A DNA stretch of 63,242 nucleotides, counting the filler, from Octopus bimaculoides (lineage: Eukaryota), in the NCBI RefSeq assembly GCF_001194135.2. It is 7 parts of 7 records of this genome, joined end to end, with 100 filler letters (N's around TTAATTAATTAA, not from the genome) between each part and the next. Parts side by side here need not be neighbours in the genome. Positions count along the whole stretch, not along the records: positions 7,609 to 25,801 come from NC_068985.1; 6 more parts are not named here. The stretch is one strand, 5' to 3'. A program made the position numbers and the translations under genes. Of the stretch, positions 13,246 through 24,784 are shown one piece after another. Every line of letters starts with the position of its first letter. The stretch's first letter is position 1. Below the pieces are notes generated by a model. It saw only the letters and a list, made by a program, of their open reading frames with translations, made no database searches and was not told the origin of the DNA.

Positions 13246-16001
13246 GTTGGGTATGATGGAAAGTGTCAGCTGTCAACAGCCAGCAGACTAAAGTGACACT
13301 TTTTTACTAGTCATGTTTCAAGAACCCTATGAAGAATTCTTGCAATCCCAAGCAATGCTGATTTTTGTTGTTCTACCTCAACACTTGCACCAATCTTTTT
13401 GAGCCATGTCGATAGTTGAGTGCTGATACTTCCAAGTGCACCAATTACTATTGGTATCACATCTACTCTCTTCAATGATCACAACCTTCATATTTCCCAA
13501 CAGTTGTTTATTTTTACTTCTTCTTTCACATTGATCCCATTGTCACCAGGGCATGTTATGTCAATTATCATACATGTTCTTTCTTTTTTATTCACCACAA
13601 TAATGCCTGGTTTCCAATGTCTGGTTGGGTGATCGTACTGAATCATTGCTTCCCACAGGATTTTGTAATTCTCATTTTCAGTGACTCCTTCTGGAGTTTG
13701 CTCATACCACATCTTTGCTCTTTGTGGGCTATGATTTCCACAGAGCTCCCAGTAGATCATTCTTACCACATTGTCATGGTGTCTTTTGTATTTGCCTTGT
13801 GCTAATTTCGGCATTTGCTGACAATGTGCCATACTGTTTCACCCCTCTCATCACACATTCTGCATTTGATAGTGTTGTCTATTCTGCACTTCATATAGTT
13901 GGTCCTTAATGCTTGTTCCTGATCTGCGCATATGAGTACTTCTGTCTCTATCTTCAGGTCACTCCTCCTCATCCATAGCTACCGGTCCTCTGTATCTATC
14001 TGTCTGGTGTTCACATCTCTTGCAAACTGACCATACATTTTCTTTTTCCTTCCATGCTTTTTCTTTTTCTTTTGTTCATTTCTTGTTTCAATTTTTTTCC
14101 ATTACACAATTTTTGGTTTTGATGATGCCGGCCTTCTTTGTTTCAACAGTGGCTCCATGGCATTTTTTATATAACACCCTAAGCTGTTTTCCTCTGCTTC
14201 AATACAGTCCTAGCAACTGATCAAACCTTTCCCACCCTTTCATCAAGTACAGCCTATTGATGTCACTCTTAGGATGGAAGGCTCTGTGTATTGTCAACAT
14301 TTTTCTGGTCTTGGTATCCATTTTCTTCACTTCTCTTTTGCCATTTTATAATTCCTGCTCCATGCCGAAGTGATGCTATCACTCACATATTAACTTCTTG
14401 TATTTTATTCCATCCAGTCAATTTTTGAACACAACACCAACCTCAGTCTTTGGAAATACTCCATCCTCAGTTGCTCTTTCATTTCCTTTTCCATTATCTT
14501 GTTGGACCCTAGTACACCAAGATATTTGTATCCTTCCATTTCACTTTGTTTAATCTAGTCTCTATTTGGTAATTCTATCCCTGCTAGGGACTGTTACTTG
14601 CCTCTTTTAGGTAGATTATTACGCACTTCTTGAGTCCAAATTTCATTCTATGATCGGTACTCAAACAGTGGACCATGTTCACGAAGGAACTTACTTGTGT
14701 CTCATCTTTGCCATACAGTTTGAAATCATTCATGAAGAGGAGGTGGTTGATTGTTTGGGGATTTTCCCTTTAGATGGCACCCTAGGTTCATTTTCTGAAG
14801 TACCAAGGTCAGAGGTATCGTGCAGAGAACAAAAAGCAACGGAGATAGGCTATCACCCTGGAAAATCCCACTTCTGATACCCAGGATGCCCAAGCTTTTT
14901 CCGTAAGATGTCAGTTCAGTTTTCCATCCCGCCATACTTCTCTTCAGGAAGCACATTACATTCCTCGCAATTCTAAACAGATCTAAGCATTCAATGATCC
15001 ATGAATATGGAATCATATCATAAGTTTACAATAGTCAATCCAGGCCATAACCAGATTTGTTATTCTTCGTTTACAATCTTGCAAGGCAGAAAATTAGTCT
15101 GTAATTGTCAGCAGTATTTCCCTTTGATGCATCCTTCAGGCACAACACTGTCTTTTTATCAACCAGCCTGGAATTTCTTCTCCATTGATCAATGTATTAA
15201 ATTGTTCTGCGATCAATTTATGTCAACTACTGAACTTTTTTCATCCAAAATCCCTGTACACCATCAGGTCCTTCTGCTTTCCAATTGCTTATTTTTTTTA
15301 CTCATATTTCTGATACTGTCTTCTGTGAAGAGGATAGCCTCTTGCTGGGGATAAGAAGCTGTTTGCTTCAGGCTGCAGTCATTCAGCTGCTGTATTATGT
15401 TGTTCTTGCTTACTCCATATCTTACCCCAGAAAAGTCAACTTTCATCAGCATCAGGGACTAATCTTTCACATTTTATATCATCATTAATCTCTTGGTAAA
15501 ATCATTTTTGGTCGGTTCTAAACAATTTGTTTTGCTGGTATTGCTTAATCTTTTGTTCAAACCTAGTTAGCTTTGCTTTTTTGTATGTATGCACTACTTC
15601 AGTTCTTCAATTACAACATTCAGGCCTTTTGTATCTACATCATACTTCTTCCTAACTTTTTTGAATTTCCATTCATTCTCTATTTCTTTTCCTGACAAGT
15701 ATTGACACCACACTGTTCAAGGAGTTTATATCTTCAGAAATTCTCCTTTTCCAAGAAAGTTGTTTATTTCCTCTTCTATCCATCACTCTTCTGTTCTCAG
15801 TAGTGCTCAATCCCATCCTTCCCGCCACAATCCTACTAGCAGCCTTGAGAAGATTATTTGTTTGAGTGATGTTCTTTGTTTCAACGTGTCTCAATATGTC
15901 ATTGACTTTACTCATCTCTTGATTTAGTCTCCATTGGTTAGCCTTCTTAAAGTTGCACATAAATTTTGCCCCTTCTGTACTTAATAGATCCAAAATTCTG
16001 T
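13246..16001 (-). mobile_element. R4/Dong-clade retrotransposon, ~2.75 kb, 5'-truncated and decayed (RT, Zn-knuckle region, RLE, 3'UTR)
   Basis: N-terminal WKRRISEDI, GPDGVQGFW, PYSWIIECL, SGIFQGDSLSP, RRHHDNVVRMIYWELC, ILWEAMIQYD...KPGIIVV...CMIIDITCPGD, VIPIVIGALG, SALLGIARILHRVL. Confidence 0.92.
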
Positions 16002-16025
16002 CTATTATTAATATTGTTATCATTG

Positions 16026-16260
16026 CTTTCTAATGCTGGAGATGTACTACAGTGTCAACTGTTCACTACCAGAGAACTAAGGTAACATCCCTTATTTTTT
16101 GAGCACCTTCCAGAGTATTTGAGCGGTTCCAAGTAGTGCTGTTTTCTGCAAGTACTCCACCCTTATTGCAGCCCCTATTTGTTCCACGTACTTCTCGAGA
16201 TTTTTTCTCACCACACACGGCATAGATGGAGCAAGCAAATTAATGCTGTGGTCATGGACT
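16026..16260 (-). mobile_element. R4/Dong-clade 3' end (last codons plus 3'UTR)
   Basis: LEKYVEQIGAAIRVEYLQKTALLGTAQILWKVLKK*, short 3'UTR, AAT-rich tail at ~16002-16025. Confidence 0.85.
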
Positions 16261-16282
16261 GTTATGATTATTATTATTATTT

Positions 16283-16554
16283 TATGTTTGACTTTTGTTT
16301 TGCATTTGTACAAGTTGGATCCAAGTCTCACCCAGAGACCTCAAGAGACAACAAGTTAGAAGTTCATGTAGGTGTTATGCTTAGGGTACCATATATTTGG
16401 ATTTGTACAGTTTTGTTCAAGTGAATGTTTAAGAAGCCATAAGAAAATTATGTGTTTGCTTTAAAATTTGATATCACATAGACAGTATTTTACGTAGGAT
16501 ATGGGCAGTTCCCATGAGCACTATCTTTTGAACTTCAGCCATTTTGGGGTTTCC
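16283..16554 (-). mobile_element. R4/Dong-clade 3' end of a different subfamily
   Basis: PKMAEVQKIVLMGTAHILRKILSM*, then a 3'UTR ending CTTGTACAAATGCAAAACAAAAGTCAAACATAA and an (AAT)n tail. Confidence 0.85.
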
Positions 16555-16647
<93 letters not shown>

Positions 16648-16654
16648 CCATCAC

Positions 16655-16730
<76 letters not shown>
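16555..16730. repeat. Compound (ATT)n-(ATC)n-(AGT)n microsatellite
   Basis: Direct reading. Confidence 0.97.
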
Positions 16731-16860
16731 TTTAATTTTGCTTTGTATTTGTACAAATTGACTCCAAGTCTCATCCAGAGACCTCAAGAGACAAGTCAGA
16801 AGTTCAAGTTGGTGTTATGACTAGGGTGTCATATTTTTTGGTTTTGTACAGAGTATTTTG
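16731..16860 (-). mobile_element. Second copy of the 16283-16554 3'UTR
   Basis: CCAAGTCTCA(C/T)CCAGAGACCTCAAGAGACA...GGTGTTATG at both ~16320 and ~16763. Confidence 0.8.
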
Positions 16861-18440
16861 GTTTTTATTATTTTGGTATTTATTATTATTATTACAATCA
16901 CTAATACCATAATTATTTCTATCATTACTATTACTCATATTTTTATTATTACTACTAGTAATCTGGCCATAGCTCCCTCTTCACAATGACTGTAGCATAA
17001 CCACATAACTTAGGGATAGTAATATGCGACTAGAGGTGCTACAGTCATCCTGTACAGCAGACAAATACATTATTGATGTAGCCAACCTCACTTTGATACA
17101 CTAGCCCTGTTCTGAGCTACACATTAGTAATGATCTCATTTAGTGACAGTCCCTGGTCAAAGACATGTCTTTACTGCAGCTCCACACGCCATCTCCCACA
17201 TGTGTTACTCACATGTCTGTTTACTTCAACACAAGATATATGGTTTGTAAATGAAGATATTTTGTTATCGTATACACATTCTCAAAATGACTGTTCTTAT
17301 CACACCCATGCATACATACTGTAATACAAATATTATACATTACTTCTCTCAGTGTAAAAGCGAAAATGAAAATTTTCTTTGTATGTAACATACATATTTT
17401 GTATCATACCACATGCTTTCACCACAAAAGGTAAACACAGAATAACCAATATATTTGTACATAAAAATGTGTTATAGTAATTCATACTAACTGTTTTTCC
17501 ATCTAACAACACACACTTGAACAGCCAACAACAACTGCTATAAATACTTGCTGCTATTTCTATTTCCTGTGGCAAAATGGCCATCGTATTTGACCACTTC
17601 TGGCTGCGGTTCTTATAAAGGATCTTTAGCACATGTTTTCTTAGACTTCCACACCTCTTGATTCACTATTGTTTCGCAATATGCATAGCTAAGCTAAGAA
17701 TTTTTCTCTTGTTTGTTTTAATTGCTTCATTCATTCATTCATTCATTCACTTATCTAACCTGTAATATTAACATGTACTATCATAACCTGTTACTATTTA
17801 ATTCTTCAAATAATCTTCAAAGCATAATTCCCTAAAATCTTAATTCTCCATTCCTGTTTCATAATGTTTTCACCAGTGTTCTTTAAAATTTGTATGCATT
17901 CTTGTTTTCTTATGTCTCTCACTGTTGCCATGTTTCTATCCCCAACGGTAGTAATCTGACCATTGTTTGACCTTCCCAACAATAGTAAACTGGCTATGAT
18001 TGTCCTCCCTAACAATAGTAAACTGGTCATTGCTTGTCTGCGATGCACTCACCCATTCCCACTCCTACCACTCATACCGGAAATCTATTCTCAATACCAG
18101 AAACCCCTACAGGGCTCTGCTTTGCTTCTGTACTAGAAGGCTTGCATACTTTCGTCCCTCCTTCCCCACCACCAACAATTGCCCACACTACTGCATGCAC
18201 CAAAAGATGATATGTTACTTAGGAAATTATTAGTAAATTAACAAACTGCCTACATCTTTCTCCCTACATATAATGGACCAACCCATAGCAGATCGTTTAT
18301 ATAATTAATTTATACATTGACCTATTTATATTTGCAGCAGTAATGCTTATATTTAACATGTTTGAATGATGATAGGTTGAAGCAAGACCAACTGATATGA
18401 CATATCTCTTACCAAATGATCACTGAAACCTACTTTTCAA

Positions 18441-19018
18441 GTGCCCAATACCATCTCTCCTGCCTATGTTCCCTCCCACACCCCTTACCCAGTTCTCAGG
18501 ATTGGCACTGTTAATGTAAGCCCATTTAAAAGTAAGTCTAGTGAGGTTGTTGAGCTGCTTCAATGGAGGCATGTTGATGTATGCTGCATCCAAGAGGTAA
18601 GTTGGAGAGGAGCTTCAGCCAGCTTTCTCACAAGCAAAACACAGGTATAAAATCTTCTGGAAGGGTAACAGTGACAGGATAGGCAGTGTGGGCATACTTC
18701 TTGCAGAGAAATGGGTGGATAAGGTCTTAGAGGCAGTCAGAGTGAGCAATAGTGCTTAAGCTCAGGCTAGTCTTGCAGTATAGCATAGCATCAATTATCT
18801 CTGCCTATGCCCCACAGGTGGGGCTACCAAATGAACAGAAGGATCACTTTTATAATATTCTTCTGCAGGCTACCTCTAAGATGAATGACAAGGATCTCAT
18901 CTTCATGGTTGGGGACTTCAATGGGCATGTTGGACAGCAACCTGGTGTTTTCCATGGTGAACCTAGGGGCTATGGAATTGGTCCCCGAAACAAAGAGGGA
19001 ACAAGGCTACTGGAGTGA
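18441..19018 (+). mobile_element. RTE-clade LINE, AP-endonuclease domain (decayed, 3'-truncated)
   Basis: LRIGTVNV, VDVCCIQEVSW, GSVGILL, ISAYAPQVGL, MVGDFNGHVG, GYGIGPRNKEGTRLLE. Upstream ~17930-18035 has three imperfect ~34-bp repeats, possibly 5'UTR. Confidence 0.9.
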
Positions 19019-19529
19019 GATGCAAATAACCTATCAAAACTTTCGAAGCTGCGGTCCCCTATTACAACAAGGCCCTGGTGTCCAATGGGCTTAAGGACCA
19101 CAATTCCTATATGACAGGCCCTAACGCCTGCATAAGGAAGCTAGAATGCCGTTAGGTTTGCCCCATCCATTTCACTCAATGTTAAGATTTGTGTGGGAAG
19201 AGTTTTCCTTAGGTTAATAGACTTCATGCAGACACAGAGGTACAGATATTTGTTCAATATGCACAATCTAATCCCTTGTATATCTAGGCTGGGAGACTAG
19301 AGGGCAGTATTTGTTAGGGATAGGGCTGAGGGAGCAGACTGACATCATAGCTGGTATAGTCATAAAAATCAAGATTTATTAGAAGCAATATCATGAGGTT
19401 TGGTAAAGGAAAACTTAAAACAAGATGTTGGCTGAAAATTAAGGGGCTCGCCCACTAGCAGACCACTGATAATGAAACAGGGGAAGTCTTATCATGTAGT
19501 ACTATAGTTAAATATTTTAAACAATGTTG

Positions 19530-21905
19530 CTGTATTGTATACAGTTAAAGTTTAGGGTTATTCAAAGGATTGTTAAGAAGAATATTGTAACAAAAGGATA
19601 GAAATTTATGAATACTTTTGGGTATATACCAAACTTTTACCACAATAGAGGGAGGAAAAGAAATTATCCAGAAATAGTTTAATATTTATACATATTGTAC
19701 ACTTAAATATTAACTCATCAGATGGTATCTGTGAATATTGATTAATTGGTATATACTGGTATTATTTAAGGAGTATTGAGGTAAAGAAACATTCTAATTA
19801 TATATTAATAAAATTATAATTTAAGCAGCATTTTTTTTTATAAGTAGTGAATATACCAGTATAGTTTTATATAAGCTAAGTATGAATTTATAGAGATACA
19901 AAAATTAGATTAATTTTATAAATAAATAAAGGCTAATTATAAAATAATAAAGAAATAAAATAAAATAATCAAGTAGAGTAGAACACCATAGAAAAGGAAA
20001 TAAAATAGCTTAATTACTAATACTATGGTCAAGTATGTTGTTGGCACTCCGTCGCTTATGACGTCGAGGGTTCCAGTTGATCTGATCAACGGAACAGCCT
20101 GCTCGTGAAATTAACGTGCAAGTGGCTGAGCACTCCACAGACATGTGTACCCTTAACGTAGTTCTTGGAGATATTCAGCATGACACAGTGTGACAAGGCT
20201 GACCCTTTGAATTACAGGTACAACAGAAACAGGAAGTAAGAGTGAGAGAAAGTTGTGGTGAAAGAGTACAGCAGGGTTCGTCACCATCCCCTGCCGGAGC
20301 CTCGTGGAGCTTTAGGTGTTTCCGCTCAATAAATATTCACAATGCTCGGTCTGGGAATCGAAGCCGCGATCCTATGACCGTGAGTCCACTGCCCTAACCA
20401 CTGGGCCATTGCACCTCCACATGGTCAAGTATATGTAGCTTATTAACACCAATAAAGAAGATTTTTAGAAAAAGTATAATAATTCAAAATATATTAGACT
20501 AAAAGTTATATATTTACTTATTTAGCTGATATCAATAAAAGACTGATGTCTGGTATCAGCTAAAGGAATATTTAAGTTATGGAACAATCATATTTTACAC
20601 TATTCTTTTTTTAAAACTAAGGGTTTAAGAAGTTATTATTGTTACTCCCTACATGATATTTATAGTTTCTTAGTGGTACTTGTTTAGAAGGGTTATTCAT
20701 ATAAAGGCCCTTATAAATACTAAGATCAGGAAGGTAGAGCCATTTAAGAAAGAGATAAATCAAGTAATTTCTAATGATCATTTCAAACAATATTGTCTTA
20801 TTGTATAAAGTTCAAATTTAGGGTAATCAAGAAGATTATTAAGAATGAAATTTTAACAAAAGGATAAAACTTTGAATATTTTGAGTATATACCAAATTTT
20901 TACCACAATAGAGGGAGGAAAAGAAAATTGCAAAGGAATAGTTTAATATTTATTTACTTATTACTTATCTAAACATTAACTTATATGGTGTTTATATAGA
21001 TTAATCAACTGGATTTACCTGGTATTTAATAAGGGAGCAAACTGAGGTTAAAGAACATGTCAACTATATACTGATTTAATTAAATTGAACTATTTTAAGT
21101 TGTTGAGATACCAGTATTACCTTATATAAGCTGAGTATGAATTAATAGGGGTACAAAGATTAGATTTATTTTAGGCTACTATAGAATAATAATAATAATA
21201 ACAATAATAATAAAATGATCAGTTAGGGTAGAGCATCATAGAAAAGGAATAAAAACAGCCTAATCACTAAAACCATAATAAAATATTCATACCTTATTAA
21301 CTTCAATAGCAAGTATTTATAGAAAATGTATAATAATTTAAATATTATGAGTTAAAAATTGTTAATTAACTCATTTAGCTTATAATCAGGACTGAAACCC
21401 GGTATTGGTTAAAAGAATAATTGTTGTTAAAAGGACATGTTAATCATATACTAATATTAAATTAAGAGGTATAATATAGATTTCAAAAGTTATTTGTGTT
21501 AATCTATAAATGATATTACAGTTTCTTAGGGGTACTTAATTAGAAGGGCTGTTTGTATAAAGCCAATATAAATACCAAAATTAAGAGGACAGAACACCTT
21601 AAGAAAGGGATAAATAACTTAGTTACTAAAACTATTTTAAACAATATATCATTATTGTATAAAGTTGAAATTTAGGGTTATCAGGAAGATTTATCTTGAG
21701 GTGAGAGAACAAATTTACTATAAATTATAATTTAGGCAGTTTAATTCTAAGTTGTGAAAATACCCATATTGTTTTTTATAAGCTAAGTATGGATTTATAG
21801 GGGTGCAAAAATTTAGGTTTGTTTAAAGGCAATTATAAAGTATTAAAATTATTGAGTAGGGTAGAAACACCATAGAAAAGGAATATAAAATAGCTTAATC
21901 ACTTA
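19530..21905. repeat. Degenerate ~860-bp AT-rich tandem triplication
   Basis: Anchor TTGTATA(C/A)AGTT..A.TTTAGGGT at ~19535, ~20802, ~21655; ATAGAAAAGGAA at ~19990, ~21238, ~21872. Third unit internally deleted. Confidence 0.8.
20037..20420 (-). mobile_element. Full-length tRNA-derived SINE (family E) with 12-bp TSD
   Basis: Head GTGGAGGTGCAATGGCCCAGTGGTTAGGGCAGTGGACTC...GCTTCGATTCCC; TSD ATGGTCAAGTAT at 20025-20036 and 20421-20432. Confidence 0.92.
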
Positions 21906-21914
21906 GTCTTTGTG

Positions 21915-22527
21915 CAGCTGAAGATTGCTCTGAAATCTTATATTTCTATTTCTTTTTTTCCCCCTTATTTCAGATATACTGTTATATCGATTATGTCCAC
22001 CCGATTAACAAAAGAGCAAAAGATTGCGGTTTTGAAATGGTTCTGCACAAAGTTATCTGGCTGCTCAAATTTGTTCCTTAAGTTCAGCAATGTTGCGGGG
22101 CTTTGTTGAGTAGACTTTCTCTTTGAGAACGCCCCACAGGAAAAAGTCGGGTGGGGTCAAATCCAGCAAACGAGATGGCCACTCAAGCCATCCTAGCCTG
22201 CCAATCCATCAACAGGGAAGGTTGGCATCCAGCCAGTCTCGCACAAGCGTAGCATAATGGGCCAGTGCCCTCTCCTGCTGTTGTAATAACGGCAAAAGCA
22301 GCTTCTGTAGCATAGCCAGATAACTTTGTGCAGAACCATTTCAAAACCACAATCTTTTACTCTTTTGTTAATCGGGTGGACATAATCGATATAACAGTAC
22401 ATCTGAAATAGGGGAAATAAAAATATAAGATTGCAGCTTTCAAATGACATATGAAATAGAAAAATTGAATAAATATCAACAAAATTACAAGCAAAAGAAA
22501 AGATATAGTTACTTATGGCGGACCCTG
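21915..22527 (-). mobile_element. Internally deleted Tc1/mariner-superfamily derivative with long inverted arms
   Basis: Terminus TA|CAGGGTCCGCCATAAG at 22527. Central minus-strand peptide QQERALAHY..VRDWLD..WIGR..EWPSRLLDLTPPDFFLWGVLKEKVY. Arms ~21930-22062 and ~22312-22440 are inverted copies. Confidence 0.85.
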
Positions 22528-23859
22528 TATATATATGATAAGAGAAGTTTTTGTCAGGGTGACTGAAAGTAATAGGTATGTGTTCTGAGTACTCAAAATT
22601 CCAGTTTGAACAGCAGATGTAGTTGTGGTATGTGATTGTCTTGTTCAAAATAGCTTGAAGTGGCTTCCGCTTAAGTCAGTAGGTATAGGTTAAAGAAGTG
22701 AGGAAAGGCAAACAATTAGGCAAGGCTTGACAAGGACATTAATTTAATTTAATTTAGCTACATAATAAATGGCTCTTGGAACATTGCTCTTGGAAGCTCT
22801 TGAAACATTGTGTCAAACAAAGACTCCATAAGTTGGGTATTTTGTCATTGGACAGATATAGGCTAGACAGTAGAAGAAAGTTCCTCATCAATGATGATTG
22901 TTGTGGTTCATTATGTCCAAGAGGGAAGAGAGATCAATTAAATTCAGTTTGATTGGGTATTTAGGTAAATCTATGATCAGAAAGAATGGTTAAATAGTAC
23001 TCCATGGTGAGAGAAAAGAATGGTTAGATGGTACTCTGTTGTGAGGGAGAATGAATGCTGGCAGTTCTAAGGTTGGACAAATACTTTAGTGCGAGAAAGA
23101 TAGGTGGATAAGAGCTTTGTGCTAGATATATACTATTCAATATAGTGAGGGGTATTCAGTCCAGAAAAATTAGCAGAAGGAATAAATAATACACTCTGGT
23201 GTGAGAAAGGTAGGTAAGAGCTTTGTACTAGATGCAAAGGGGTATTTAGTGTAGTGAGGGGTATTCCTCTCCAGGGAAATTAGAGGGGTTGAATACAAAG
23301 ACAAGTGAGGGGTATTTCTATCCAAAGAAATTAGTGGGAACAAATGTAAAGCCGGACAGATAAAGGAAAAAAATAAATCAGCTGCCAGACCTACAAGACT
23401 GGATACCAATGAGAGGCAGGGATGTGTAGGTAATAAAGCAATCATAAAAAAGATAATAGATGTCATCTGTGGTGGGTGGTCAAATTTTACTAGAGGGGAG
23501 ACCTAAGACTATCTAGTTGTGTTAATGCTAGAAATAGATGTCTCACTAGCAAACAAGATTTAAGATTTGTGGTTTAAAAACTAAGGTTGAAGCTTAATAT
23601 TATAAAAATAAATAAACTAATTAAAAAATAATTAAAAATAAAGTTAACACTTAAAATTAAAATCAAAATTAAAATTAAGAAATGAGTTTCCATAGTGTTA
23701 ATGAAGGCTAATGACACCTGTAGTAAATCTATGGGCCTAAAGTATGCAGAGAAGGATTCATGTTGGTTATTTATTTAGTAACTGCGAATGGGTCTGCATG
23801 TGGAAGTGTCAGATAGGTAATATGTCTAAGTTAGATGTTAGTTATAATCCAAAGTGTTT

Positions 23860-24345
23860 GCTTTTCTGCACTTAGACCTGTGGAAAAATTTTAAGGACTT
23901 AAAAAATTTGTATATACAGGTGGAGAATGCTCCGTGCTGCTTATTAAATAACTATATAGGGCTGCGTAACAATATGTGCAAGGATTCTTTTAGGCATAGC
24001 CAACAAATAATATGTTGGCCCTGGTATAGGAGGCCAAAGTTTATGATAAACTAGGATATACTGTAAGGTATCTTCATTCTCTTAAGGTAGTGCACATGGT
24101 CAGCTAGAGAAGTAGATTTACTATGATCATTATACTTAAACGAATTTAGATATGTCGAATGTCGATGCTTGAAATTAATTGTGGATGCAAAATAGTACCT
24201 AGTAGAATTGTGAAGTGTGTTATGAACTATACATGTGTAAATCACGTTAAACCTTCTGTAATGAGTTTGCAAAGGGCATTCATTCGTAGATTTGAAACTG
24301 CAACTAGGACCTATCCCATGAAGGAATTTCCTGTACATGGATTGG
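23860..24345 (-). mobile_element. Penelope-like element, GIY-YIG endonuclease and C-terminus (decayed)
   Basis: ECPLQ...NVIYTCIV...YYFAST.NFKHRHSTYLNSF...STSLADHVHYLK...YSIS, followed by CWLCLKESLHIL...LFNKQ...STCIYKF. Confidence 0.72.
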
Positions 24346-24784
24346 ATGTTGTACTATTAGAGGATGTGCTAGAGTTTAGGGTAGTACCTTCCAGTCCACT
24401 CCCAGTCTATTCATTATTATTGATATTGTTTGTACCTATAATACATGGATTAATAAATGAGATCATAGATATTCTAGATTCCTGGAAAAGACTAAGCATG
24501 GTAGTATCTTGTCGGTTTGCATCAGAAAGTCTATTACTTCTTGTGGAAGGGACGTGTTCCAATGGTCAGGCGGTCAGTCTGTTGCCAGCATCCTTTGAGT
24601 GGCAGATTAGGTATGCTGTGGCTCCTAATGTGCAGGCACTTGCTTAAGTTACACCACCTGCAATGATTTCTAGATGGTGAGAGTATGTGGGCTCTCATTT
24701 GTGAGGCTCATCTTTCTGCAGCTTGTCTTCTTGACAGTGCTGCAATCCTGGGTGAAGAAAAGACTGAGACTGGGCACCTGGCTC

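Noticed and set aside
17333-17680. Minus-strand ORF / possible piggyBac C-terminal relic (PEVVKYDGHF, Cys-rich)
   Set aside because: Similarity too weak to call by eye; no TTAA/TIR seen. A TBLASTN/HMM search would settle it.
20340-20420. tRNA gene calls at SINE heads (also 29235, 45819, 58158)
   Set aside because: A/B-box-like motifs are present but there is no complete cloverleaf, and each continues into SINE body sequence.
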